DNA of 48,934 nucleotides from a virus (Duplodnaviria; Heunggongvirae; Uroviricota; Caudoviricetes): IMG/VR virus record IMGVR_UViG_2531839665_000028; one strand, 5' to 3'. Shown piece by piece: positions 9,126 to 17,448 of this stretch (position 1 is its first letter; each line of letters starts with the position of its first letter). The notes under the pieces were generated by a model. It saw only the letters and a program-made list of their open reading frames with translations, ran no database searches and was not told where the DNA came from. The position numbers and the translations under genes were made by a program.

Positions 9126-9727
9126 ACAGTTTAACGGCAAATAACCGTTTGTCGCAACAGCTGGTGGTCAGCGTCGCTGAACACCTGTTGTTACGGCATG
9201 AATGCAGATTACCAAATCACCTGGCTGTAAGTAACCACAGAGAACTTTACCTGACTGTGGGGGGCGAGTTGTGCAGGAACTTAACCGCTGGTTTCGTGAC
9301 GGAAGAGGGCTTTATGTCCATGTTATTCGTTGGGAGCCAGAAACACAGCGCGTTATCTATCTTCGCAAAGACTACCCGCATGAGTGCTTTAGTCCTTTGT
9401 GGAAATTCAGGCGTGATTTTGTTGAGTGTGACGGACCACCAACACATTGATTCTGCCATTCCGGGACGTTACACTGTTCAGGCACCTTATAAAACGGGTG
9501 CCGGGCGTGGAAACCCGGAATTCACCAAAGCGCACAACCGCGCTCTTGCGGTTTTTTTGTGTCATGAGCAGCATTACGCCCAAATTATGGTGGGGCGTGC
9601 AGGGCCAACTTCGGTTGGGCCGGGTTCTTTGGTGACCGGTATTTCCACCCCTGTACGTCTCACCACCAATAAGGTCGTGGAAAGCCTTGGTGGTGAGTTA
9701 TTAAAAATCACCAAAGAGGCTGCCATC
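9122..9727 (+). other. Uncertain coding region between the CII-like gene and rha (possibly a frameshifted gene)
   Basis: ATGA-coupled start at 9122, but the best protein-like translation switches frame: a 59-aa ORF at 9271..9450 starts right after a G6 tract (9259-9264). Confidence 0.25.
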
Positions 9728-10273
9728 ATGGCTACGATCCCAACCCTCACTCAACCTGAAATTGCCATCGTTGATGGTCAGGTTGTTACTTCATCCCTGG
9801 CTGTTGCCAACTTCTTCTCCAAACGTCATGACGATGTACTGAAAAAGATCCGCACGCTTGAATGCTCAGCATCATTCACTGCCCGCAATTTTTCGGTGAG
9901 TGATTACACTGATTGCACAGGTCGCAAACTTCATTGCTACCAAATCACACGCGACGGTTTTGCGTTTCTTGCTATGGGTTTCACGGGTAAACGTGCTGCC
10001 CAGTTCAAAGAGGCATATATCAATGCCTTTAACCAGATGGAGAAACAGCTTTCAAAGCCCGCTGTACCGAGCGACGTTGCACATAACGCCAGCGTTCTCT
10101 GTTCCTACATTTCATCAATTCATCAGGTCTGGCTGCAGCAGCTTTATCCTATGTTGGCAAAAGCCGAATCTCCGCTGGCTGTTAGCTTATATGATTATAT
10201 TAATGATGCTTCGGCGCTGGCCTGCCTCATAAATTTGTCGCTGAACCCTTCAGAGGTAAGGGGGCGCAAATGA
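9728..10273 (+). CDS. rha: Rha-family phage regulatory protein (copy 1)
   Basis: 181 aa from the ATG at 9728 (AAGAGG RBS); Rha-like core (...YQITRDGFAFLAMGFTGKRAAQFKEAYINAFNQME...) paralogous to the ORF at 24211. Confidence 0.7.
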   Translation: MATIPTLTQPEIAIVDGQVVTSSLAVANFFSKRHDDVLKKIRTLECSASFTARNFSVSDYTDCTGRKLHCYQITRDGFAFLAMGFTGKRAAQFKEAYINAFNQMEKQLSKPAVPSDVAHNASVLCSYISSIHQVWLQQLYPMLAKAESPLAVSLYDYINDASALACLINLSLNPSEVRGRK

Positions 10274-10494
10274 TCCGGAATATTTTCAAACGTTTTACCA
10301 ATCAGACTTTCCGTTGTCCTCGTCCGGGTCAGTGGTACACCACGCCTGCAGGGCATGTTCTACGTGTTAGCCTGGTTGACCGTGAATGTCAGAAGGTGGT
10401 TTGTGAACCGCTGGGCCGTAATTACCGCGTCAGTATGCCGCTTATAGCCTTTTGCTCCGGAAAAAACATGAAGCATCTCGGAGGTGCAGCATGA
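10270..10494 (+). CDS. Small hypothetical protein (74 aa)
   Basis: ATGA overlaps at both ends (with rha and with the replication gene) indicate translational coupling. Confidence 0.4.
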   Translation: MIRNIFKRFTNQTFRCPRPGQWYTTPAGHVLRVSLVDRECQKVVCEPLGRNYRVSMPLIAFCSGKNMKHLGGAA

Positions 10495-11351
10495 GTATGG
10501 AGCTGATGGTTAAAGCGATGAAAATTCGAGTGGGTAATCCATTGCGAAAACTGGTTCTGATCAAGCTGGCTGATAATGCCAGCGATCAGGGTGAGTGCTG
10601 GCCCAGCTACCAGCATATTGCTGACCAGTGCGAGATTAGCAAACGTTCTGTGATGAATCATATTGCGGCCCTTTGTGATTCCGGGCTGGTAAAAAAAGTC
10701 ACCCGGAAAGGTGAAAAAGGTAACTCAAGTAATATCTATCTCCTTCATCTTGATGGTGCAGGAGATTCACTAGGGAGTAGTGCAAATAATTCACTATCTG
10801 GTGCAGCAAATTCACCAGGTAGTGCAGGAGTTGCACCAGGTAGTGCAGGAGTTGCACTAGGTAGTGCAGGAGTTGCACCAGGGGGTAGTGCAGGAGATTC
10901 ACCCAGAACCAGTCACTCTTTTGAACCAGTCAAAGAACCAGTCAATGAACCAATAGCTGTTGGTGCATCTGCTGATGAGTCTGTGCGAGTTCGTTCAAAC
11001 CGACCGGAATACTCTCCAGAGTTTGAGCAGGCATGGCTGGCATATCCCAAACGTGCTGGTGGCAATTCAAAATCTGCAGCCTTCAAAGCCTGGAAAGCCC
11101 GTTTGAATGAGGGGGTAAACCCCGAAACCATGCTGGAAGGTGTGAAACGCTACGCGGGCTGGGTATCTGCGATGGGTAACAGCGGCACACAATTTGTGAA
11201 ACAGGCTGTCACGTTCTTTGGTCCGGATCGTCATTTCGAAGAATCCTGGGAAGTTCCTGCGGTATCTGTAGCCGGACGTGAGGACCCGTACTTCAAAGCC
11301 AGTTACGACAACGTGGACTACAGCCAGATCCCGGCAGGATTCAGGGGGTGA
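10491..11351 (+). CDS. Replication initiator-like protein (N-terminal HTH, low-complexity linker, C-terminal domain)
   Basis: ATG at 10491 with GGAGGTG RBS. N-terminal winged-helix/HTH (...SYQHIADQCEISKRSVMNHIAALCDSGLV...); the linker is encoded by 21-bp tandem repeats. Confidence 0.55.
   Translation: MSMELMVKAMKIRVGNPLRKLVLIKLADNASDQGECWPSYQHIADQCEISKRSVMNHIAALCDSGLVKKVTRKGEKGNSSNIYLLHLDGAGDSLGSSANNSLSGAANSPGSAGVAPGSAGVALGSAGVAPGGSAGDSPRTSHSFEPVKEPVNEPIAVGASADESVRVRSNRPEYSPEFEQAWLAYPKRAGGNSKSAAFKAWKARLNEGVNPETMLEGVKRYAGWVSAMGNSGTQFVKQAVTFFGPDRHFEESWEVPAVSVAGREDPYFKASYDNVDYSQIPAGFRG
10779..10900. repeat. 21-bp tandem repeats (GGTAGTGCAGGAGTTGCACCA, about 3 full copies plus partial) inside the replication gene; candidate origin iterons
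   Basis: Direct repeats visible in the DNA; in lambdoid phages the origin iterons lie inside the initiator gene linker. Confidence 0.45.
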
Positions 11352-11353
11352 TC

Positions 11354-11842
11354 ATGAGTCTTTTGAATGACGTTCAGAAATTCATTGAAGCCCATCCGGG
11401 GTGTACTTCCGGAGACATTGCGGATGCTTTTGCAGGTTACTCACGGCAGCGCGTTCTGCGGTCAGCAAGCAAGTTACGTCAGAGCGGGCGTGTGGCTCAC
11501 CGTTGTGAAGGAGATACACGCAGACATTTCCCGCGCCTGACTGAGAGAGCGCAGGAACCGGAACCACAACCAGTTCGAGAAACCAGACCTGTGCGCAATT
11601 TCTATGTCGGCACTAACGATCCACGGGTGATTTTGTGCCTGACCCGCCAGGCGGAAGAACTGGAGTCCAGGGGCTTATACCGTCGTGCTGCAACGGTGTG
11701 GATGGCGGCATTCCGTGAAAGCCACTCCCAGCAAGAGCGAAACAATTTTCTGGCGCGTCGTGAGCGGTGCTTACGGAAAAGCAGCAAGCGCGCTGCATCG
11801 GGTGAAGAGTGGTATCTGTCAGGGAATTACGTGGGGGCTTAA
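11354..11842 (+). CDS. Putative PerC-family-like transcriptional regulator
   Basis: 163 aa; C-terminal ...LESRGLYRRAATVWMAAFRES... resembles the PerC/Pch core as I recall it (recognition only). Confidence 0.4.
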   Translation: MSLLNDVQKFIEAHPGCTSGDIADAFAGYSRQRVLRSASKLRQSGRVAHRCEGDTRRHFPRLTERAQEPEPQPVRETRPVRNFYVGTNDPRVILCLTRQAEELESRGLYRRAATVWMAAFRESHSQQERNNFLARRERCLRKSSKRAASGEEWYLSGNYVGA

Positions 11843-12495
11843 TGAGTAATAAATATTGCCAGGCGCTGGTGGAACTGCGGAACAAACCAGCCCATGAACT
11901 GAAGGAAGTGGGCGATCAGTGGCGCACGCCGGACAACATTTTCTGGGGAATTAACACCCTGTTTGGCCCGTTTGTTCTGGATCTGTTCACTGACGGTGAT
12001 AATGCCAAATGTGCCGCGTATTACACGGCGGAAGACAACGCGCTGGCGCATGACTGGTCAGAACGTCTTGCGGAGCTTAAAGGTGCTGCCTTTGGTAATC
12101 CCCCATACAGCCGCGCCAGTCAGCATGAGGGGCAATACATCACCGGCATGCGTTACATCATGAAGCATGCCAGTGCCATGCGTGATAAAGGCGGGCGCTA
12201 TGTTTTCCTGATTAAAGCTGCCACCAGCGAAGTGTGGTGGCCGGAAGATGCAGATCATATTGCTTTTATTCGCGGGCGTATTGGTTTTGAACTGCCTGTC
12301 TGGTTTATCCCGAAAGACGAGAAGCAGGTACCGACAGGCGCTTTCTTCGCTGGTGCTATTGCTGTTTTCGACAAGACCTGGAAGGGACCGGCAATCAGCT
12401 ACATCGGGCGCGATGAACTTGAGGCATGTGGTGAGGCCTTTCTGGCGCAGGTTCGCCAGCAGGCGGAAAAACTGGTCAGGGAGATGGCGGCATGA
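11842..12495 (+). CDS. Phage DNA N6-adenine methyltransferase
   Basis: 217 aa from the ATG at 11842; NPPY motif (...AAFGNPPYSRA...). Confidence 0.8.
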   Translation: MSNKYCQALVELRNKPAHELKEVGDQWRTPDNIFWGINTLFGPFVLDLFTDGDNAKCAAYYTAEDNALAHDWSERLAELKGAAFGNPPYSRASQHEGQYITGMRYIMKHASAMRDKGGRYVFLIKAATSEVWWPEDADHIAFIRGRIGFELPVWFIPKDEKQVPTGAFFAGAIAVFDKTWKGPAISYIGRDELEACGEAFLAQVRQQAEKLVREMAA

Positions 12496-12818
12496 CGACG
12501 TTAACTCAATGCCAGCAGCAGGTGCTGGATATGCTGATTTCTTACCAGAAAGAGCGTGGCTTTCCGCCAACCAATCAGGAGGTGGCAACCATGCTGGGAT
12601 ATCGTTCAGTGAATGCAGCGGTGGAGCATCTTCGCGCACTGGAGAAAAAAGGCGTCATCACGATAAAGCGTGGTGTGGCCCGGGGGATAACGCTTCATAC
12701 CGCGGTGAAGGACGACGACAGCGAGGCGGTCGGGATTATCCGCTCACTGCTTGCCGGTGAGGAAAACGCCAGGCTGCGTGCAGCCCACTGGTTACATGAG
12801 AGGGGTCTGACAGTATGA
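12492..12818 (+). CDS. LexA-N-terminal-like winged-helix DNA-binding protein
   Basis: 108 aa; ...QQVLDMLISYQKERGFPPTNQEVATMLGYRSVNAAVEHLRALEKKGVI... resembles the LexA DNA-binding domain; ATGA coupling. Confidence 0.5.
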   Translation: MTTLTQCQQQVLDMLISYQKERGFPPTNQEVATMLGYRSVNAAVEHLRALEKKGVITIKRGVARGITLHTAVKDDDSEAVGIIRSLLAGEENARLRAAHWLHERGLTV

Positions 12819-13204
12819 AGCTGATTCTGCCTTTCCCGCCCAGCGTGAACACGTACTGGCGACACCCCAACAAAGGGGCGTTTGCAGGTAAGAGCCTGAT
12901 AAGCGCGGCGGGGCGCAAATTCCAGAGCGCGGCGTGTGCAGCAATAGTTGAGCAGTTACGTCGTCTGCCAAAACCAACGTCGGCACCTGCTTCAGTGGAG
13001 ATCGTGTTGTTTCCTCCGGATAACCGGATCCGCGATCTGGACAACTATAACAAGGCGCTGTTTGACGCCCTGACCCACGCGGGTGTGTGGGAAGACGACA
13101 GTCAGGTGAAAAGAATGCTGGTGGAGTGGGGACCGGTTATCCCGGAAGGGAAGGTCGAGATCACTATCAGTAAGTACGAGAAAACGGCGGGTGCAGCCGC
13201 CTGA
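12815..13204 (+). CDS. rusA: Holliday junction resolvase RusA
   Basis: 129 aa; MKLILPFPPSVNTYW... N-terminus and acidic residues characteristic of RusA; ATGA coupling. Confidence 0.85.
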   Translation: MKLILPFPPSVNTYWRHPNKGAFAGKSLISAAGRKFQSAACAAIVEQLRRLPKPTSAPASVEIVLFPPDNRIRDLDNYNKALFDALTHAGVWEDDSQVKRMLVEWGPVIPEGKVEITISKYEKTAGAAA

Positions 13205-13223
13205 TTAAGAGGAGAAACGAAGT

Positions 13224-14021
13224 ATGAATAATCTGATGGTCATTGATGGTATTGAAGTTCGTCGTGATGCTTATGGTCGTTACAGCCTGAACGATCTGCA
13301 CAGGGCTGCCGGTTCTCTGGATAAGCATAAGCCTGCATTCTGGCTCCGCAATGAGCAAACTGAGCGTTTAATAAGCGAGTTGCAGATTTGCAACTCGGTC
13401 AATATAGAGCCAGTTAACGTTATTCGTGGCGGAAATAACCAGGGGACGTATGTCTGCAAAGAACTGGTGTATGCCTATGCAATGTGGATCAGCCCGTCAT
13501 TCCATCTGAAGGTGATCCGTACTTTCGACATGGTAACCAGCGCACCGGAAAAATTATCCGAACAGGCTGCTGACAAGATGCAGGCTGGTGTGATTCTGCT
13601 GGACTTTATGCGCCGGGAGTTAAATCTGTCTAACTCTTCAGTGCTTGGAGCCTGTCAGAAACTTCAGGAGGCTGTTGGCTTACCGAATCTGGCACCGCGC
13701 TATGCCATTGATGCTCCTGCTGATGCGCCTGATGGCTCAAGCCGCCCCACGCTGTCGCTGAGTGCACTGCTGAAACAGTATGGTATCCGCCTGACGGCTA
13801 ATCAGGCATATCACCAGATGGTGAAGCTGGGGATCGTTGAACAACGCGAACGATACAGCCGTACCGCGATTAACAACATCAAAAAATTCTGGTCGCTGAC
13901 GGCGAAAGGCTGCATGTTCGGCAAGAACATCACCAGTCCTGCAAATCCACGCGAGACGCAGCCGCATTTCTTCGAATCCCGATTCCCTGAGCTGTTAAAG
14001 CTGCTCGATACCGTTCATTGA
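13224..14021 (+). CDS. KilA-N domain protein
   Basis: 265 aa; N-terminal KilA-N-like region (...IDGIEVRRDAYGRYSLNDLHRAAG...); AAGAGGAG RBS. Confidence 0.65.
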   Translation: MNNLMVIDGIEVRRDAYGRYSLNDLHRAAGSLDKHKPAFWLRNEQTERLISELQICNSVNIEPVNVIRGGNNQGTYVCKELVYAYAMWISPSFHLKVIRTFDMVTSAPEKLSEQAADKMQAGVILLDFMRRELNLSNSSVLGACQKLQEAVGLPNLAPRYAIDAPADAPDGSSRPTLSLSALLKQYGIRLTANQAYHQMVKLGIVEQRERYSRTAINNIKKFWSLTAKGCMFGKNITSPANPRETQPHFFESRFPELLKLLDTVH

Positions 14022-14022
14022 G

Positions 14023-15018
14023 GTGACCGTGAGAGCACTACTGACCCCTGAAATTGCCCCGCGTATGGGGATCGTATTGTTCAGGCCAGGTTCAGAGCTG
14101 ATGCCCTTGTTTATGCAGGGGCGTGTCCTGCTGGAGCCTGAGCCGGAACGTTATTCATCTTTCGCCAGTGGTGCCGTTCCGGCGGCATCACAACCGCTGG
14201 CGGATGATCCTGTCGTTCGGGCCGTGTTCCGCAATGAGGCAGTGATCCGTCGTGCTGGTGGCGTGGAATGCCTTGAAAGCTGGTTACTTCGTGAAAAGGG
14301 CTGTCAGTGGCCTCATTCCGACTGGCACAGCGAGAACATGACCACAATGCGACACGCGCCGGGCGCAATCCGTCTGTGCTGGCACTGCGATAACCAGCTG
14401 CGTGATCAGTTCACGGAACGGCTGGAGTCAATGGCAACGGATAACTGTGCCCGCTGGGTGTTGTCTGTCGTGCGTCGGGATCTCGGTTTTGATGACAGTC
14501 ACGTTGTGACAATGCCGGAACTGTGCTGGTGGCTGATTCGTAATGATCTGGCGGATGCCTTACCGGAAAGTGCAGCCCGTAAGGCACTGAGATTACCGAA
14601 GCCTGTTGTGCCGTCTGTCACCCGGGAAAGTGACCTTGTGCCTTCGGTTCCTGCCACCAGCATCATCCAGGATAAGGCAAAAAAGGTGCTGGCGCTGAAA
14701 GTGGATCCGGAGTCGCCGGAGTCTTTTATGTTACGCCCAAAACGTCGCCGCTGGGTTAATGAAAAGTACACGCGATGGGTTAAGACGCAGCCGTGCGCAT
14801 GTTGTGGAAAACCTGCTGATGATCCCCACCACCTGATAGGTCACGGTCAGGGTGGAATGGCTACAAAAGCGCATGACCTCTTTGTGTTGCCTTTGTGCAG
14901 AAAGCATCACGACGAGCTGCATGCGGATACCGTGGCATTTGAAGAGAAGTATGGCTCCCAGCTGGAGCTGATATTTCGTTTTATCGATCGTGCACTGGCA
15001 ATTGGCGTGCTGGCCTGA
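14023..15018 (+). CDS. DUF968-like protein with C-terminal HNH-like Cys/His motif
   Basis: 331 aa; C-terminal ...CACCGKPADDPHHLIGHG...LPLCRKHHDELH...; the true start may be the GTG at 14029. Confidence 0.45.
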   Translation: MTVRALLTPEIAPRMGIVLFRPGSELMPLFMQGRVLLEPEPERYSSFASGAVPAASQPLADDPVVRAVFRNEAVIRRAGGVECLESWLLREKGCQWPHSDWHSENMTTMRHAPGAIRLCWHCDNQLRDQFTERLESMATDNCARWVLSVVRRDLGFDDSHVVTMPELCWWLIRNDLADALPESAARKALRLPKPVVPSVTRESDLVPSVPATSIIQDKAKKVLALKVDPESPESFMLRPKRRRWVNEKYTRWVKTQPCACCGKPADDPHHLIGHGQGGMATKAHDLFVLPLCRKHHDELHADTVAFEEKYGSQLELIFRFIDRALAIGVLA

Positions 15019-15035
15019 TTTTGTGGAGAAAGTTG

Positions 15036-15377
15036 ATGCGTGATATGTATGAAGTATTGGACCGCTGGGGTGCATGGGCTGCAGCAGATAACAGTGGTGT
15101 GGACTGGCAGCCTGTTGCTGCAGGGTTTAAAGGTTTACTACCTCATGGAAAGAAAACACGCCAACAATGCGATGATGATGAAGGAATCATGATTGACAGC
15201 TGTGTTGCGCGATTGCGGAAATATAAGCCCGAAGAGTATGAGTTGGTTATTGCTCATTTTGTTATCGGCATCTCACTAAGAACTATTGCAAAGAAGCAGA
15301 AGTGTTCTGATGGGACAATAAGAAAAGAGTTGCAAACAGCTCTTGGTTTTCTGGATGGTGTGCTTTCAATGTTGTAA
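15036..15377 (+). CDS. Late-gene antiterminator Q (QuuD-like)
   Basis: 113 aa from the ATG at 15036 (GGAG RBS); ...LDRWGAWAA...AAGFKGL...QCDDDE...SDGTIRKELQ... resembles short Q proteins; last gene of the nin-like region. Confidence 0.6.
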   Translation: MRDMYEVLDRWGAWAAADNSGVDWQPVAAGFKGLLPHGKKTRQQCDDDEGIMIDSCVARLRKYKPEEYELVIAHFVIGISLRTIAKKQKCSDGTIRKELQTALGFLDGVLSML

Positions 15378-15382
15378 TATTA

Positions 15383-15406
15383 GGGGGAATTACCCCCCTT
15401 TTTTTC
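15383..15406 (+). terminator. Rho-independent terminator immediately after Q
   Basis: GGGGGAATTACCCCCC hairpin followed by TTTTTTT, overlapping the 3-prime end of minus-strand ORF 15390..15938. Confidence 0.5.
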
Positions 15407-15938
15407 TCTGTTGCTTTAATAAAATTTTAATATTTTGTCTGATTATGATGAGGCAATGTAATAAAAGAAATACCGTTAGTATTGCAAGCCATACGCAAAA
15501 TAAGCATGCATATAAATTAGTTGAAAGTCCAATAGTGAATTGTGCAATTGCTGTTGTGATAGAACATAATATTGATGTATTAATAAATGAGGATAAATTG
15601 TCTAAAGGTTTATAAAGTACACTATCATTGATTTTGTCAATAGGTATACCAGTGGCAATGCTATAAATTTCCTTATATTCCTGAGTTGCAAAAACCTTAT
15701 CGCGTAAATTTATTATGACAAAGGTATGCAGGCTCAATAAAAATGAGCCCACGGAAATAAAACCGGAGAAGAGATAGCCTCGTAAGTTTTTATGATAAAA
15801 CTCAAAAAAGTTAACACTTACTTTAGGTGTGTTTCTGTACAATAGGTAAAGTGCAAGCAATGCCAGGATCGAGAATGCAAGCAGTGTAAGGTACTGATAC
15901 CTCAATCTTTTATTTATTAGCCATTCATATAAAGGCAT
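15390..15938 (-). CDS. Four-helix integral membrane protein (candidate effector of a two-gene cassette)
   Basis: 182 aa with four hydrophobic segments of 18-25 residues (LTLLAFSILALLALYLLY; GYLFSGFISVGSFLLSLHTFVII; SSFINTSILCSITTAIAQFTIGL; LYACLFCVWLAILTVFLLLHCLIII). Very AT-rich; start overlaps the upstream ORF by 14 nt. Confidence 0.6.
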   Translation of the reverse strand: MPLYEWLINKRLRYQYLTLLAFSILALLALYLLYRNTPKVSVNFFEFYHKNLRGYLFSGFISVGSFLLSLHTFVIINLRDKVFATQEYKEIYSIATGIPIDKINDSVLYKPLDNLSSFINTSILCSITTAIAQFTIGLSTNLYACLFCVWLAILTVFLLLHCLIIIRQNIKILLKQQRKKGG

Positions 15939-16851
15939 TTTTATTCGTCCCGTTCAGCATTTCTTCTTTTATCATATCAAAAACAGGGTTTGTTGTATAA
16001 TTATCGTTTGTCAATCCATTGACTTTATCGGCAATTATATCGAAATCGTATGTTTCAAAAAAAACAGGGCAGTTCATAAAATCAATGGTTTTTTCTATTC
16101 CTGCATGGTTTACTGCAATAACCTGTGCTTTAGCAACTCCACTCATAGAATTATAAATATTTGAAAGATTCTGAGATAGTTGTTGCACTTTTGTTCTGTC
16201 GCTAGAATTAAAATTCATATCTATTGTGGTGGTGTTAACAAATTGTTCAAGCGCAGTCATTGGTCCACCTTTAAAATCTATATAATTAAATTTAAAGCTT
16301 GTGCTTTTAATCTCTTTGAATTGACATAAAACACTCTGAATGTTGTTTTTATTTGTCATAAGGCTGAAAGTCAGTCTTTCTTTGTATTTTTTATTTATTG
16401 CAGTTACTTCTTTTTGTTTTGGTTTATCACCAAGTTTTTTTATTTCTTCTTTATTTTGATTTCTGATAAATTCATTACTTATTGTTTCTAAATGAGAAAA
16501 GAGAGTGTTCAGACTGCATGAACCGTGGTGATACATATAGAGACCAGAAAGATTAGATTTTTTAATTAAGAAAAAGTTGAAATTAGCAAGTTTGTCACTT
16601 CCTTGAAGATCTTCAATTTTAAGCTGGAATTTACCATCAACAAATTGCGACTTACAGTTCTTTTTTTGGTTTCTGAATGTGACAACTAATCCATAATAGA
16701 AATCATTCACATCCGAAATGAGAATTTTACGAGTATAGTCTGTGCGACTGTGTTCTCTGTTTGATGCGTTGATAAAAGCATTCATTACGTCAACGGTATT
16801 AATATTTTTGTTATTGTTATTTATTGTAAATCCTATGCTTCTAACTTTCAT
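15925..16851 (-). CDS. Asn/Lys-rich soluble protein of unknown function (candidate sensor of a two-gene cassette)
   Basis: 308-aa ORF, no hydrophobic segments, no motif I recognise (no GS..DxD nucleotidyltransferase, Walker, HEPN or TIR signature by eye). Very AT-rich; a TATAAT -10 element lies at about 16930-16935 on the minus strand. Confidence 0.55.
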   Translation of the reverse strand: MKVRSIGFTINNNNKNINTVDVMNAFINASNREHSRTDYTRKILISDVNDFYYGLVVTFRNQKKNCKSQFVDGKFQLKIEDLQGSDKLANFNFFLIKKSNLSGLYMYHHGSCSLNTLFSHLETISNEFIRNQNKEEIKKLGDKPKQKEVTAINKKYKERLTFSLMTNKNNIQSVLCQFKEIKSTSFKFNYIDFKGGPMTALEQFVNTTTIDMNFNSSDRTKVQQLSQNLSNIYNSMSGVAKAQVIAVNHAGIEKTIDFMNCPVFFETYDFDIIADKVNGLTNDNYTTNPVFDMIKEEMLNGTNKNAFI

Positions 16852-17117
16852 GTGTATTCCAGGACCGACTAAAGATAGCGAGAATGGGGACGCATAGTTT
16901 ATAAAAATCCTAACGCGTACGCAAAAAGTATTATATCGTGTTAAGAGTGGTTACTTCGCCACACAACTTAAACCCGCCGCTGAGCGGTTTTTTGTACCTG
17001 TAAACCTTGTGCAGTACAGTAAACACGCTGGTGGTCGTGAATACTGGCTTTTTATCTTGCTGGCTTTTTAGACAAGAGTTATTGGTATGTCACGTTAACC
17101 GGAAAGGGTAAAAAGAC

Positions 17118-17315
17118 ATGCTGAAACAGCAGGATATGACAGAAACCGCCAGAGTTGTGTTTGATGAATTAAGCGTTACCGAACCGGCGACAGTCGGGGA
17201 GATTGCGCAGAATACTTACCTTTCACGCGAACGCTGCCAGTTAATACTGACCCAGCTTGTTATGGCGGGTCTGGCAGACTATCAGTGCGGTTGTTACAGA
17301 CGCCTTCAGTCCTGA
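17118..17315 (+). CDS. Small winged-helix regulator, FaeA/PapI-like (tentative)
   Basis: 65 aa; ...VTEPATVGEIAQNTYLSRERCQLILTQLVMAGL... resembles the PapI/FaeA family pattern. Confidence 0.35.
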   Translation: MLKQQDMTETARVVFDELSVTEPATVGEIAQNTYLSRERCQLILTQLVMAGLADYQCGCYRRLQS

Positions 17316-17448
17316 AGGCTTTTTATTTGTGGTGAATGGGCGGCTGGTGGGGGGCGACACCTGTCAGTCCTTTGCTTATGTGTTGATGATAATTTACCTT
17401 TTGGGGCTATAATTGAGCTAACCAATTGCTAATGAAAGTAAAATTATA

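Noticed and set aside
9122-10273. Single 383-aa ORF from the track
   Set aside because: The Rha domain begins at an internal ATG with its own RBS (9728), and the N-terminal 200 codons do not look like a coherent protein. Treated as Rha plus an uncertain upstream region.
10699-10902. Minus-strand ORF encoding LLHYLVQLLHY repeats
   Set aside because: Artefact of the 21-bp tandem repeat read on the opposite strand of the replication gene.
15343-15615. Plus-strand 90-aa ORF overlapping the cassette membrane-protein gene
   Set aside because: Lies antisense within the AT-rich minus-strand gene and runs through the Q terminator hairpin; likely spurious.
15390-16851. Assigning the cassette to Kiwa, CBASS/Pycsar or RexAB
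   Set aside because: Kiwa has the membrane protein first, the opposite order to this cassette. No GS...DxD nucleotidyltransferase or cyclase motif is visible. No recognisable similarity to lambda RexA/RexB from memory. Only the architectural analogy is kept.
16852-17117. Late promoter pR-prime and qut site
   Set aside because: A terminator-like hairpin (CCGC-TGA-GCGG plus T6, about 16968-16992) and possible -35/-10 elements (TTGTAC...TACAGT) are present, but an assignment cannot be made by eye; the cassette insertion may have displaced the original pR-prime.
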